From a virus (taxonomy: Duplodnaviria > Caudoviricetes), in the IMG/VR virus record IMGVR_UViG_3300022181_000120, positions 1 to 57,069 of that record: a stretch of 57,069 bases of DNA; one strand, given 5' to 3'. Numbering within the stretch: position 1 is the stretch's first letter; the number at the start of each line of letters is the position of its first letter. A program made the position numbers and the translations under genes. This document shows positions 47,328 to 56,152 of the stretch, one piece after another. The notes under the pieces were generated by a model that did no database searches, had not been told where the DNA came from, and saw only the letters and a program-made list of their open reading frames with translations.

Positions 47328-50300
47328 ATGAAAATATATAGAAAAATATCTGGCGTTGAAACAGAGGTATGTGATATTTCAGAAAAGAATACGACTGTCA
47401 AGACATCCATCATGGGTACGCACGAAATACTTGCTTCGGTTGTCATTGACCCCGTTGTAGAAAGCCCTGGCGGGGAAGTTGTTATAGAAATAGTAGAGGG
47501 TGATTATGTAAAGTATAACGGAATTACATATACGCTAAACCGTGCGGCGGAATACACGATCGAGTCGGATGTTAAACATAGCTACGACCTTGTTTTCGAA
47601 CATCCGCTATACATACTGCTCAATAAACTGTATTGCAACAGAATGACAGGATATACAAGTTTTACACTTACAGGGAAATTGCGTGATTTCGTTGAATTAC
47701 TCGTCTGGTGCATCAATATTACGGCTGATAATCCGGATGGAGTGGATACTGGTTGGACAATAGGCGAAATAATCAATACGGAGTATAAGAATCTCACATT
47801 TGCAGACATAAACTGCAATGAAGTCCTCGACAAATTATCCGATGAATTTCAGGTCGAATATTTCTTTAATAATAAACAAATCAATTTCGTTGAGCATATT
47901 GAGCGACTAACAAGTTATGTTTTCGAGCAAGGCGCCGGCAAAGGGCTATATAAGCTCACCCAGCAGAACGTAGATAAGGAAGATACCGTAACACGCCTTT
48001 ACGTCCGAGGAGGCAACCAGAACGTTCCTAATGAGTACGCAGATGAAGAGGGCTACTTGAAGCTGCCTGAAAACCACCTTGAAAACTTTTCAGAACATTC
48101 AAAAGTAGTTGAAAAGAAAATCAAGTTTGAAGAGGAGTTTCCCAAATTCGTCGGTACCATTGCGACAGTATCAGGTGAAAATAACAAGGTACTGACGTGT
48201 CCGGATATCGACTTCGATGTAGCAGCAATTGCGGTCGGTGATAATAAACGTATTAATTTTCTTTCCGGTGATTTGATGGGATTTTCTTTCAAATTCGACT
48301 GGGACAACGCAGGCAAACAAATAACCCTCATTGAACAGGAAGATGAAACGGCGCTACCTGATTCGGAAGGTAAAAAGCCGTCAATTCCAAATGCGACAAA
48401 GAAAGCAAAAGCCGGCGATGAATTCAACTTCACGGGCGTGCTCATGCCGGAATCATATGTGACTGCATCCATCAACCGCTTGCGTGAGAAAGGGGGCAAG
48501 TACCTGAATTTCTTCTCACGGAAAAGGATTAAATTCACACTCGACATTGATTACCGGTATCTTAGGGGAAAAGATGAATTATATGCAGGTGACGTGGTTG
48601 TTGTATCCATTCCGAAAAAAAACCTATATAAAGCTATCAGGATAACGGAACTTGAAAAGAACCTATATACCGGCTCGGTGACAGCGACTGTTTCCAATTA
48701 CCTCGAAGGAAACTGGGAGAAATGGGTAAAAGAAAAAGTAGATTCAGCTATTAGCAAGATTAGGCAAAATGCCGGCAAGGACGGGAAGGATAGCATAAAC
48801 GCTACGATAACAAACCAATCCTGCTCAATACCTTGCGACCAGTATGGCAATCCTACCTCGTACGAACTGACAAAAGCGGAGATAGTTGTATCAGTGGGTA
48901 CGGAAAAATTAATATATGATACTAACAATTATCCGCTGAAAGCCGGAAGGTATAAGGTTTCTGCAAGTGGAACAAACATAACGCCCGGGACGCTTTCCGT
49001 AGGCGACATAATTCAGCCAGATACGAAAACAGGGTATAAATGCCTGGTGAACAAAGCGTCATATATTGGGTCGAACACAGCTATTGTCACGTATAATATT
49101 CAGGGCAGGAAAAAAGACGGAACTAACTTCGAGGCAGTTGTAATTCAGAATTTCAACAAGACTATGGCCGGGGGAGACGGTGATGACGGCAGGGACGGTT
49201 ATGACGGCAGGGACGGTTATGACGGCAGGGACGGTTATGACGGCAAGGACGGAGCAGGAGTAGAACAGATATATAAAACGACGACTACATATCAAGTCCC
49301 CCCCACGCCGGCTTCGGTTCAGCAGGATGGAAGCGTCCCGTCAGGATGGAGTGGAAGTCTCCTTGGTGTGGACGAAACGAACAAGTACCTGTGGTCATGT
49401 ACAAGGAAGAAGGTTAACGGCGTTTGGAGTGGCTGGACTTCACCACCTAAATTATGGACGAAATGGAGCGATGACGGCAGGGACGGTTATGACGGCAGGG
49501 ACGGAGCAGGAGTAGAACAGATATATAAAACGACGACGATATATCAAGTCCCCCCCACGCCGGCTTCGGTTCAGCAGGATGGAAGCGTCCCGTCAGGATG
49601 GAGTGGAAGTCTCCTTGGTGTGGACGAAACTAACAAGTACTTATGGTCATGTACAAGGAAGAAGGTTAACGGCGTTTGGAGTGGCTGGACTTCACCACCT
49701 AAATTATGGACGAAATGGAGCGATGACGGCGAGAGGGGAATCCCGGGCAAGATACCTATTCAGAGGGAATGGATAACCGGAGAGACCCACCGGAATAACG
49801 ACCAGTACGTAGATTATATCTATTACAGGACCGAGAAACGGTGGTACAAGCTCAAGGACGGCGTGACATCCCTAAACGCCCCTTCGGCGCCTAATTCTAA
49901 CTACGAGCAATTGCCGTGGATGGATACAATTACCGCAAGGGTGGTGATAGCCGAAGAGTCAAACCTGGCAGGATTCATCTTTAAGGATAATATGCTTTTA
50001 TCGCAGGATTTTTACGTTCAGGGCGGGCAAACGATAGCTCGAATACTCCTTGATGGGAAAAACGGGCTGGCGCAATTCGCAAACGGGAAAGTAAAATTCA
50101 TACCTGATGGAAGCGGATTTTTGGCGGGTGGAAAAATATCATGGGACGTCAATGGAAATCCGATTTTTGAAGGGAAGATGACGTCTTCGGCTTCAGGCAA
50201 CAGGATTGAAATAGATCCTGCAAGTGCAGGCTTAAAAATGATAACATCGGATAATAAAGACCTCATATCCATGTATCCAAGTTTTGACGGTTATTATAAA

Positions 50301-50603
50301 AACCCGAAACTGTACATGAATCAATATAATCAAAACGATAACATTTCACGTGTTGAAATCGATGGCATGAGCGTCTCCTTGCTCCATTTGTCCCCAAACC
50401 GGTACCGGACTTATATTCATGCGGGGGATATGACTATCAGCGACCTGCAGTCAGGGTCTATTTTCTCGGCTGAAACAAACATAGGTAGCTCGTACGGATT
50501 GAATAAACTGATAATTAGAATGGGTGGACTTCCGACAAGTTCTTCCGGACTTTCATCAGGCATGTTATGGAGAGATAGTAATAATAAAATAAATATTGTA
50601 TAA
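47328..50603 (+). CDS. Tail tip/baseplate hub protein with collagen-like repeats
   Basis: VTRLYVRGGNQN hub-like motif; GRDGYD repeats; duplicated 84-aa module. Confidence 0.75.
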   Translation: MKIYRKISGVETEVCDISEKNTTVKTSIMGTHEILASVVIDPVVESPGGEVVIEIVEGDYVKYNGITYTLNRAAEYTIESDVKHSYDLVFEHPLYILLNKLYCNRMTGYTSFTLTGKLRDFVELLVWCINITADNPDGVDTGWTIGEIINTEYKNLTFADINCNEVLDKLSDEFQVEYFFNNKQINFVEHIERLTSYVFEQGAGKGLYKLTQQNVDKEDTVTRLYVRGGNQNVPNEYADEEGYLKLPENHLENFSEHSKVVEKKIKFEEEFPKFVGTIATVSGENNKVLTCPDIDFDVAAIAVGDNKRINFLSGDLMGFSFKFDWDNAGKQITLIEQEDETALPDSEGKKPSIPNATKKAKAGDEFNFTGVLMPESYVTASINRLREKGGKYLNFFSRKRIKFTLDIDYRYLRGKDELYAGDVVVVSIPKKNLYKAIRITELEKNLYTGSVTATVSNYLEGNWEKWVKEKVDSAISKIRQNAGKDGKDSINATITNQSCSIPCDQYGNPTSYELTKAEIVVSVGTEKLIYDTNNYPLKAGRYKVSASGTNITPGTLSVGDIIQPDTKTGYKCLVNKASYIGSNTAIVTYNIQGRKKDGTNFEAVVIQNFNKTMAGGDGDDGRDGYDGRDGYDGRDGYDGKDGAGVEQIYKTTTTYQVPPTPASVQQDGSVPSGWSGSLLGVDETNKYLWSCTRKKVNGVWSGWTSPPKLWTKWSDDGRDGYDGRDGAGVEQIYKTTTIYQVPPTPASVQQDGSVPSGWSGSLLGVDETNKYLWSCTRKKVNGVWSGWTSPPKLWTKWSDDGERGIPGKIPIQREWITGETHRNNDQYVDYIYYRTEKRWYKLKDGVTSLNAPSAPNSNYEQLPWMDTITARVVIAEESNLAGFIFKDNMLLSQDFYVQGGQTIARILLDGKNGLAQFANGKVKFIPDGSGFLAGGKISWDVNGNPIFEGKMTSSASGNRIEIDPASAGLKMITSDNKDLISMYPSFDGYYKNPKLYMNQYNQNDNISRVEIDGMSVSLLHLSPNRYRTYIHAGDMTISDLQSGSIFSAETNIGSSYGLNKLIIRMGGLPTSSSGLSSGMLWRDSNNKINIV
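49183..49252 (+). repeat. 18-bp tandem repeat (ATGACGGCAGGGACGGTT) x~4
   Basis: Units start at 49183, 49201, 49219 and 49237. Confidence 0.9.
49219..49730 (+). repeat. 252-bp near-identical tandem duplication
   Basis: GGAGCAGGAGTAGAACAG at 49251 and 49503; only a few substitutions. Confidence 0.92.
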
Positions 50604-50605
50604 CA

Positions 50606-50878
50606 GTGAAAACGATAGATTTAAGTAAAGTGGGTGTTAAAAATATCGAAGGCATCACAGAGATAATCGATATTTCAAAGGGGCTGGCAAATGCTATCTA
50701 TAAGACAGCAGGGGACATTGAGGAGCATAATTTTTCGCTGAAATTATATGAAAATCCAGAAGTGGAACTTACGGACAGGAATAGGGAAATTATTATGAGC
50801 CGTGTAAAACAATTTTATGCAGTGTATATTCAACAAGGAGTGGAAAATTTAATGAATTATGAAGACAGTAAGGAATAA
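50606..50878 (+). CDS. Hypothetical protein
   Basis: Follows the tail tip gene. Confidence 0.6.
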   Translation: MKTIDLSKVGVKNIEGITEIIDISKGLANAIYKTAGDIEEHNFSLKLYENPEVELTDRNREIIMSRVKQFYAVYIQQGVENLMNYEDSKE

Positions 50879-51185
50879 GTACATCCCGTTCGCCGGGTAC
50901 AAGGCAATTAACCTGTTTGGGATTCTGTTTGTGAAAGGTAACGTTAAATTGAGCGAAACAGATATCAACCACGAAGCCATCCATTCGGCACAGATTAAAG
51001 AAATGCTATATATCCTTTTCTATATCTGGTACATTATTGAGTGGCTAATAAGATTGATTCAATTCCGTAACAGTTATATGGCCTACAGGAACACCTCCTT
51101 TGAGCGGGAGGCGTATCAAAATCAGGAGGATTTGTACTATTTGAAAGGAAGGAAGTTTTACAGTTTTCTAAAATATATGCGATGA
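50859..51185 (+). CDS. Conserved Bacteroidetes phage membrane protein
   Basis: HEAIHSAQ..FYIWY.IEW..AYRN.SFEREAY. Confidence 0.7.
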   Translation: MKTVRNKYIPFAGYKAINLFGILFVKGNVKLSETDINHEAIHSAQIKEMLYILFYIWYIIEWLIRLIQFRNSYMAYRNTSFEREAYQNQEDLYYLKGRKFYSFLKYMR

Positions 51186-51367
51186 AGCTATACATACGAT
51201 TTGGCAGTTTAAGGAAGTTTCAGGACTTGTACGATTCAAACGAGTACCTGCAAAAAGTACTCGAGGCGACAGGAAGCAACGTATATGAAATTAAGACAAA
51301 TGATTACACGGAGATAAAACGGCTATTGAATTCACGGAATATTAAACATGAGATAAGCGACAAGTAA
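51182..51367 (+). CDS. Hypothetical protein
   Basis: Coupled ORF. Confidence 0.5.
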   Translation: MKLYIRFGSLRKFQDLYDSNEYLQKVLEATGSNVYEIKTNDYTEIKRLLNSRNIKHEISDK

Positions 51368-51807
51368 TGGGTTGGGAATTAATTGTATCAGGAATTATTG
51401 GAATGCTAACGGGTGGAGGTATCTCGTGGGTGTTCCGCCTCAGGGCAGACAAGGCGGGGTCAACAGCCGACGCACTCGACAAGGCGGCTGACGCAATGAA
51501 AAAGATGATGGACAACGCCGACCAACAGCAGGCGACGTTCAACAAAATCATCGAGGGGAAGGACAAGCTCATCGAGCAGCAGCAGGGGCTCATCGAGGGC
51601 TATAAAGCAGCACTCGAAGATGCTAACCAGAAGTTGAAAAACATTGAATACAAGGTGGCGGATAACGAAAGAAAGATAGCCGGGATGCAACGGACTATGG
51701 ACAGCGAGATAGGCGAAAGGAAAGCAGCTGAACGGGATATCTGTTTCGTTACAGATTGTGAATTGAGAAGACCGAAGCGTGGAACATATAAAAAGGAATC
51801 GGCATGA
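51367..51807 (+). CDS. Holin-like membrane protein (putative)
   Basis: N-terminal TM segment plus coiled coil directly upstream of the endolysin. Confidence 0.55.
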   Translation: MGWELIVSGIIGMLTGGGISWVFRLRADKAGSTADALDKAADAMKKMMDNADQQQATFNKIIEGKDKLIEQQQGLIEGYKAALEDANQKLKNIEYKVADNERKIAGMQRTMDSEIGERKAAERDICFVTDCELRRPKRGTYKKESA

Positions 51808-52301
51808 TATTCGAATACTTAATCAAAGAAAACAAAGAAGAGTTTCTCTCGAAAGTGAGGGAGATTAGCCAATACCTGTCAATCGACCATGATTGGTTGA
51901 TGTTGACCATGTGGTTCGAGACAGCACGGACGTTTGACCATCGCATCGTAAACAAGGTGTCTGGTGCGACCGGATTAATACAATTCATGCCTTCAACAGC
52001 GCGGAGCTTGGGAACGACTACCGAAGCATTGAGGAACATGAGCAATGTCGAGCAGCTCGATTACGTGAAGCGGTATCTCGCTCCATACAGGGGAAAAATG
52101 AAAAACTGGCTGGACGTGTATTGCGCCGTGTTCTATCCAGCAGCAATTGGAAAACCGGACAGCTTTGTAATCACGTCCGATATAGTCGCAAAACAAAATC
52201 CTGTTTTCGACCTGAACAAGGATTTGGATATCCACAAGTGGGAAATTAGACAGGCTTTGCAGAAGTCAATTCCGAACGAGTATAAACATTTATTTTTATG
52301 A
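51804..52301 (+). CDS. Endolysin, lytic transglycosylase (SLT-like)
   Basis: WFET..SGATGLIQFMPSTA..QLDYV..Y. Confidence 0.85.
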   Translation: MIFEYLIKENKEEFLSKVREISQYLSIDHDWLMLTMWFETARTFDHRIVNKVSGATGLIQFMPSTARSLGTTTEALRNMSNVEQLDYVKRYLAPYRGKMKNWLDVYCAVFYPAAIGKPDSFVITSDIVAKQNPVFDLNKDLDIHKWEIRQALQKSIPNEYKHLFL

Positions 52302-52591
52302 GCAAATTTAAGTCAGTAGAGAACGTAAAAGGGATGTACCATTTCTTTTGTCCTGGTTGCGGATGTTATCACGGAGTATGGACAAACAGAGAAGAGCGTC
52401 CGTGTTGGGATTTTAACGGCGATGTAAATAAGCCGACAGTGTCCCCATCCATATTGGTCACTACTCCATACCCAGACGAAACGAGGGTCTGTCACTCTTT
52501 TGTTAAAGACGGAAAGATACAGTTTTTGGACGACTGCACTCATGTACTTAGAGGACAAACGGTAGAATTGCCAGATATTGATAACTTATGA
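52298..52591 (+). CDS. DUF6527-like Cys/His metal-binding protein
   Basis: FCPGCG..H..W.FNGD..PT.SPSIL..CHSFV.DG.I.FL.DCTH. Confidence 0.7.
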   Translation: MSKFKSVENVKGMYHFFCPGCGCYHGVWTNREERPCWDFNGDVNKPTVSPSILVTTPYPDETRVCHSFVKDGKIQFLDDCTHVLRGQTVELPDIDNL

Positions 52592-53151
52592 AAACAGAAA
52601 CAAAAAAACAGCTGCTTTGGGCAACATTAATGATCCTGTTTCTATTTGTGACCGGTTGCGGTTCAAAAAAGACAGTCACGGAAAAAGTTGTTACAAAAGT
52701 GGACAGTACGGCAGTGGTTTCCTTACAAACCGAATTATCCGTAAAGAATGCGATCATCGAGAACATGAAAACCGATTTAGAGCGTACAAGAGACGAGAAT
52801 GTGAGGCTACAGGACGAAGTGTCAAAGCATGAAGTTGAGTACGACACGAGCGAGCCTATTAACCCGCAGACCGGGAAGCCTCCTGTTAAGAAAGAAACGA
52901 CAACAAATAGCAAAAGCGTACTTGAGAGAAGGGTTGAGGATTATGAGGTGCAGCTTACGGAATATAAAAAAGAGGTAGAAACGCTTACGTTATCGAAATC
53001 AAATTTGGAATACGAGCTGAATATGGTGAAAAGAGAAAACAGCGACATAAAGACAAATAGTGCTCCTGTTTTCAATCTCAAGTCTTTTTTATGGGGTATA
53101 GTGACCGGAGCAGTGCTATTGTTCCTATTGATACTCTTTTTACGGAGATAG
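52588..53151 (+). CDS. Unimolecular spanin-like lipoprotein
   Basis: N-terminal lipobox FVTG-C, coiled coil, C-terminal TM segment ending RR. Confidence 0.65.
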   Translation: MKTETKKQLLWATLMILFLFVTGCGSKKTVTEKVVTKVDSTAVVSLQTELSVKNAIIENMKTDLERTRDENVRLQDEVSKHEVEYDTSEPINPQTGKPPVKKETTTNSKSVLERRVEDYEVQLTEYKKEVETLTLSKSNLEYELNMVKRENSDIKTNSAPVFNLKSFLWGIVTGAVLLFLLILFLRR

Positions 53152-53193
53152 GTATAAATACTACTTTTTTCATTTTTTTATTTTTTGTTTGGA

Positions 53194-53223
53194 AACCCGC
53201 TTGTCTGTGAAGATAGGCGGGTT
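53194..53223. terminator. Terminator between convergent genes
   Basis: AACCCGCTTGTCT-gtga-AGATAGGCGGGTT. Confidence 0.7.
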
Positions 53224-53225
53224 GT

Positions 53226-53450
53226 TTAATCGCTTTTTGGTTGTGTTATCAAAAATGATTTTATAATTCGACATTTTGAATTTTCGTATATATCATTATC
53301 ACTAGATTGGAAGTAATTGGCCAGTGTTGAATATACAATTCCAACATCTTCTTTCCCGAGATTAGAGAAGATTGCTTTCATGGAGCCGAAATAGATATTC
53401 TGGCTCTTTTCTTTTATATACACGTGAAAAATTTTTCTTTCCTGTTTCAT
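53226..53450 (-). CDS. Small putative DNA-binding regulator
   Basis: MKQERKIFHV..YFGSMKAIF..VGIVYSTL; divergent from the small-ORF island. Confidence 0.6.
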   Translation of the reverse strand: MKQERKIFHVYIKEKSQNIYFGSMKAIFSNLGKEDVGIVYSTLANYFQSSDNDIYENSKCRIIKSFLITQPKSD

Positions 53451-53469
53451 GGTGTAAAAATATAAATAA

Positions 53470-53556
53470 ATAGTGAATATAATCACTATAGTCACTTAAT
53501 TTAATATCTTTTAACTATGCAGATAGTGATTATATTAAATATAATCACTATCTTTA
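53470..53556. promoter_or_regulatory. Operator palindromes and promoter of the right-end island
   Basis: Perfect AGATAGTGATTATATT-A-AATATAATCACTATCT (53521-53553) overlapping TATCTTTA; related ATAGTGA..TCACTAT at 53470-53489. Confidence 0.7.
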
Positions 53557-53589
53557 TACTATAAAAATAATACATAAACCAACAAAGCA

Positions 53590-53925
53590 ATGGAAATAAA
53601 AAACGAATACATCATCCCGACAAAAGAAAATCCGGTATTTCGGGTAGTAAATGCGTATGAAGGATATACAGTTAATGACTTCGGAACTTACAAAGATTGG
53701 TCTATCAAGAATGATAAAAGATGGGCAACTGGTGAAACAACAGCACCTAACTTACCGGATGCAATGCAAGCCCTATTCGCTCATATACGGATGAATGATT
53801 GGAAGCAGAAGGCATCGTATGTGATTGAGATGATCGACGGATCCTGTGATAAGTTCGGAGATGTTATTTACATTCCAGTGTATAAAATCACGATGAAGCA
53901 GGCGAAAAAATACAAACTTATATGA
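53590..53925 (+). CDS. Hypothetical protein
   Basis: First ORF of the island. Confidence 0.6.
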   Translation: MEIKNEYIIPTKENPVFRVVNAYEGYTVNDFGTYKDWSIKNDKRWATGETTAPNLPDAMQALFAHIRMNDWKQKASYVIEMIDGSCDKFGDVIYIPVYKITMKQAKKYKLI

Positions 53926-53993
53926 ACTACTGACCCGGGCAAGTCGATAAACTGCCCATTATCTATTTGAGCATAACAATTAAAATTACAGAT

Positions 53994-54134
53994 ATGAAAA
54001 CAGTTGAATACGGGAACGACAACGGGGTTATTTTTACGGTTTGCGAGGAAAAAATAACTCTCGATGTGATAAGGCAATTAAGAACCTACCTTGATTACAA
54101 AGAGAAGGAGTTGAAGCGCAGTGTAAAATTATAA
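53994..54134 (+). CDS. Small hypothetical protein (46 aa, not in ORF track)
   Basis: MKTVEYGNDNG.. after an A-rich leader. Confidence 0.4.
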   Translation: MKTVEYGNDNGVIFTVCEEKITLDVIRQLRTYLDYKEKELKRSVKL

Positions 54135-54153
54135 ACAATTTAAAAACAAGGTT

Positions 54154-54645
54154 ATGAAAACAATTTTATTTAAAAACGATGTGATAGAGGCGACATTCCT
54201 TTCTACTGATCCGAAAGGAATTATCGTAAACGCAACGGCAAGACATCCCGAAACTGACGAAGTTAAAACAATCGGGGCGGGCTGGATTTCTGAAACGTGG
54301 TTTTTGCATAGTTTTGCAAAAACACCTAAATACATATTCGACGTTGCATCTGTATCTGTGCATGAAAATATACTCAAAATAGCTGAAAGCGTTTTGAATC
54401 ATATACAGGAAATGCACAATAAGTGCATTGAAGAATGGGAAAAATCAGATAGTCGCAAAAATGATGCGACTATTGAGTATAATGGACGAATTGAGCCGAA
54501 ATTCGGAAAAGCAGATGTTCTTAGATATACTTACAAACAGAGGTTCGAAAATTTAGAATATATAAAAAATGAACGCGAAGAGCGTGAATTTTATAAAACA
54601 CCTTCAGGCGTTTTTAATAACAATAAAAGGATGGTATCGCGATAA
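54154..54645 (+). CDS. Hypothetical protein
   Basis: MKT start after an A-rich leader. Confidence 0.6.
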   Translation: MKTILFKNDVIEATFLSTDPKGIIVNATARHPETDEVKTIGAGWISETWFLHSFAKTPKYIFDVASVSVHENILKIAESVLNHIQEMHNKCIEEWEKSDSRKNDATIEYNGRIEPKFGKADVLRYTYKQRFENLEYIKNEREEREFYKTPSGVFNNNKRMVSR

Positions 54646-54656
54646 AATTTATGATT

Positions 54657-54821
54657 ATGAAAACAGAAAAATTCTTTGTACAAGAAACTATAGGCGGATG
54701 GAGACAGAACGCCGTATTTGAAGGCACCATTGAAGAGTGCCAAAAGTTTGTTGCTGAAAGATGCACGAATGGCTCTTATACAATCGTCCATGAGGACGAT
54801 TATAAAGTGGATTATTTGTAA
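54657..54821 (+). pseudogene. Small ORF broken by a 1-nt frameshift
   Basis: ATG AAA ACA GAA AA|TTC: adding one A joins MKTE to FFVQETIGGWRQNAVFEGTIEECQKF..DYL*. Confidence 0.4.
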
Positions 54822-54909
54822 AGAATCCGAGCGAACGGCGGTAAAGAGTAGGCAGATAGAGGCTTTGCCGCTGACAAATGACAAAATCATAATATTAAAT
54901 CATAAAAAT

Positions 54910-55779
54910 ATGAAGACAATCGAAGTAAAGCACAGAAGCGGTAAAATTCTTAAAATTAGAATTGAAAAACACATTAGTGTTAACAATTCAAGAATTACGA
55001 TGCAGTTACTTGGAGCATTTGTAGTGCCCACGGTCAGGAATGGCAATAAATCCTTGTTGGTTAGCAGCTGTTTCTTGAAGGGAGATACGAAAACAGAAAT
55101 TGAGAAGATGTTCGGCGTAAAAATTAACAGTAAAGCCGATTTGCTGTTAGTGATTACAGACGAGAGTTACGCTGAAATAGAAAAAACATATTCTGACTTC
55201 GAGATAGAAGTACAGGAGTGGAGAAAAGAGTACGATAAGCGTGCGGAGCAAATACCTACATGGTACGAGATGTGGGATTTTCTCGATTGGGGGGACTACA
55301 CTATCAATTCAGAACGTGAGATCAGGATGTTCAGAAAACCTCTGCCGGAAGATAGTATTGAGAAAGTGTTAGTGATATCTTACAATCTTTGGAACATAAG
55401 CGATAAAAAATTGTCGGACGAGTGGGAATCCGATTTCAAAGGAGCTGGTGGAACTGAAATAGAAAACAGCGTAGTCATAACAGACGAATTGGCGAAAAAA
55501 TGGATTGCAAAACACGCTGAAATACAAAGTGAAATACAGCGTAAAAATGAAGAAGAAAAGCGAATTGCGGAAGAAAAAAGAATAGCCGAAGAGAAACGCA
55601 GGGCTGAATGCTTTGCGGAAGCAAGAAGAACAGGCAAAAAGGTTGTTTTGCACTCTATCTTCCTATCCGGGAATGATGTTCCAAGACGATTCAGGGACGA
55701 CGATAGCGACATGGGTAATCTTATAACTTATGCAATGCCTGACGGTTCGACAAAAGAAGAATTTTCACACGCATATTAA
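54910..55779 (+). CDS. Hypothetical protein
   Basis: Likely start MKTIEVK at 54910 rather than 54718. Confidence 0.6.
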   Translation: MKTIEVKHRSGKILKIRIEKHISVNNSRITMQLLGAFVVPTVRNGNKSLLVSSCFLKGDTKTEIEKMFGVKINSKADLLLVITDESYAEIEKTYSDFEIEVQEWRKEYDKRAEQIPTWYEMWDFLDWGDYTINSEREIRMFRKPLPEDSIEKVLVISYNLWNISDKKLSDEWESDFKGAGGTEIENSVVITDELAKKWIAKHAEIQSEIQRKNEEEKRIAEEKRIAEEKRRAECFAEARRTGKKVVLHSIFLSGNDVPRRFRDDDSDMGNLITYAMPDGSTKEEFSHAY

Positions 55780-55831
55780 TGAAATTTCTAAATTTAAAAG
55801 TTGCGCACGACACGTATAAGTGTAAAATAAA

Positions 55832-56152
55832 ATGAAAAGAGTAGCAATAACGAATGGAACAGGAATTTGGTTCGACAGTGAAAAAGCTGAAAAATTTGAA
55901 GAAAAAACGTATTGGAATGGCAATAACCATATCAGTAAGGCAACGGGATCTCAATGGGAGCATGAAAGTATTTTCCTTACAAAAGGAGGTGCGTTCGTCT
56001 TAAGCCATTGGTCGCAATTTCAAGGGTCGGTAGATACTTGTGAGATTATCTCTAAAGAAGAGGCGTCGAAATGGTTTGCGAAACAAGAATTTTCAGATGA
56101 TGAATTACCGAAGGATCTTCTTGGAGATGTTTACGGACTTGAACTATTATGA
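55832..56152 (+). CDS. Hypothetical protein
   Basis: WFD..A..W.G.NHISKATGSQWEHE.I..T..G. Confidence 0.65.
   Translation: MKRVAITNGTGIWFDSEKAEKFEEKTYWNGNNHISKATGSQWEHESIFLTKGGAFVLSHWSQFQGSVDTCEIISKEEASKWFAKQEFSDDELPKDLLGDVYGLELL

Noticed and set aside
49219-49730. Diversity-generating retroelement TR/VR pair
   Set aside because: The copies are tandem and in frame within one gene, the differences are not adenine-specific, and no reverse transcriptase is present in the window
44846-50603. Invertible tail-fibre shufflon driven by the second recombinase
   Set aside because: No reverse-oriented fibre cassettes or flanking inverted repeats were seen by eye
54718-54909. Long N-terminal extension of ORF 54718-55779
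   Set aside because: It overlaps the frameshifted small ORF in another frame; MKT at 54910 has the typical A-rich leader
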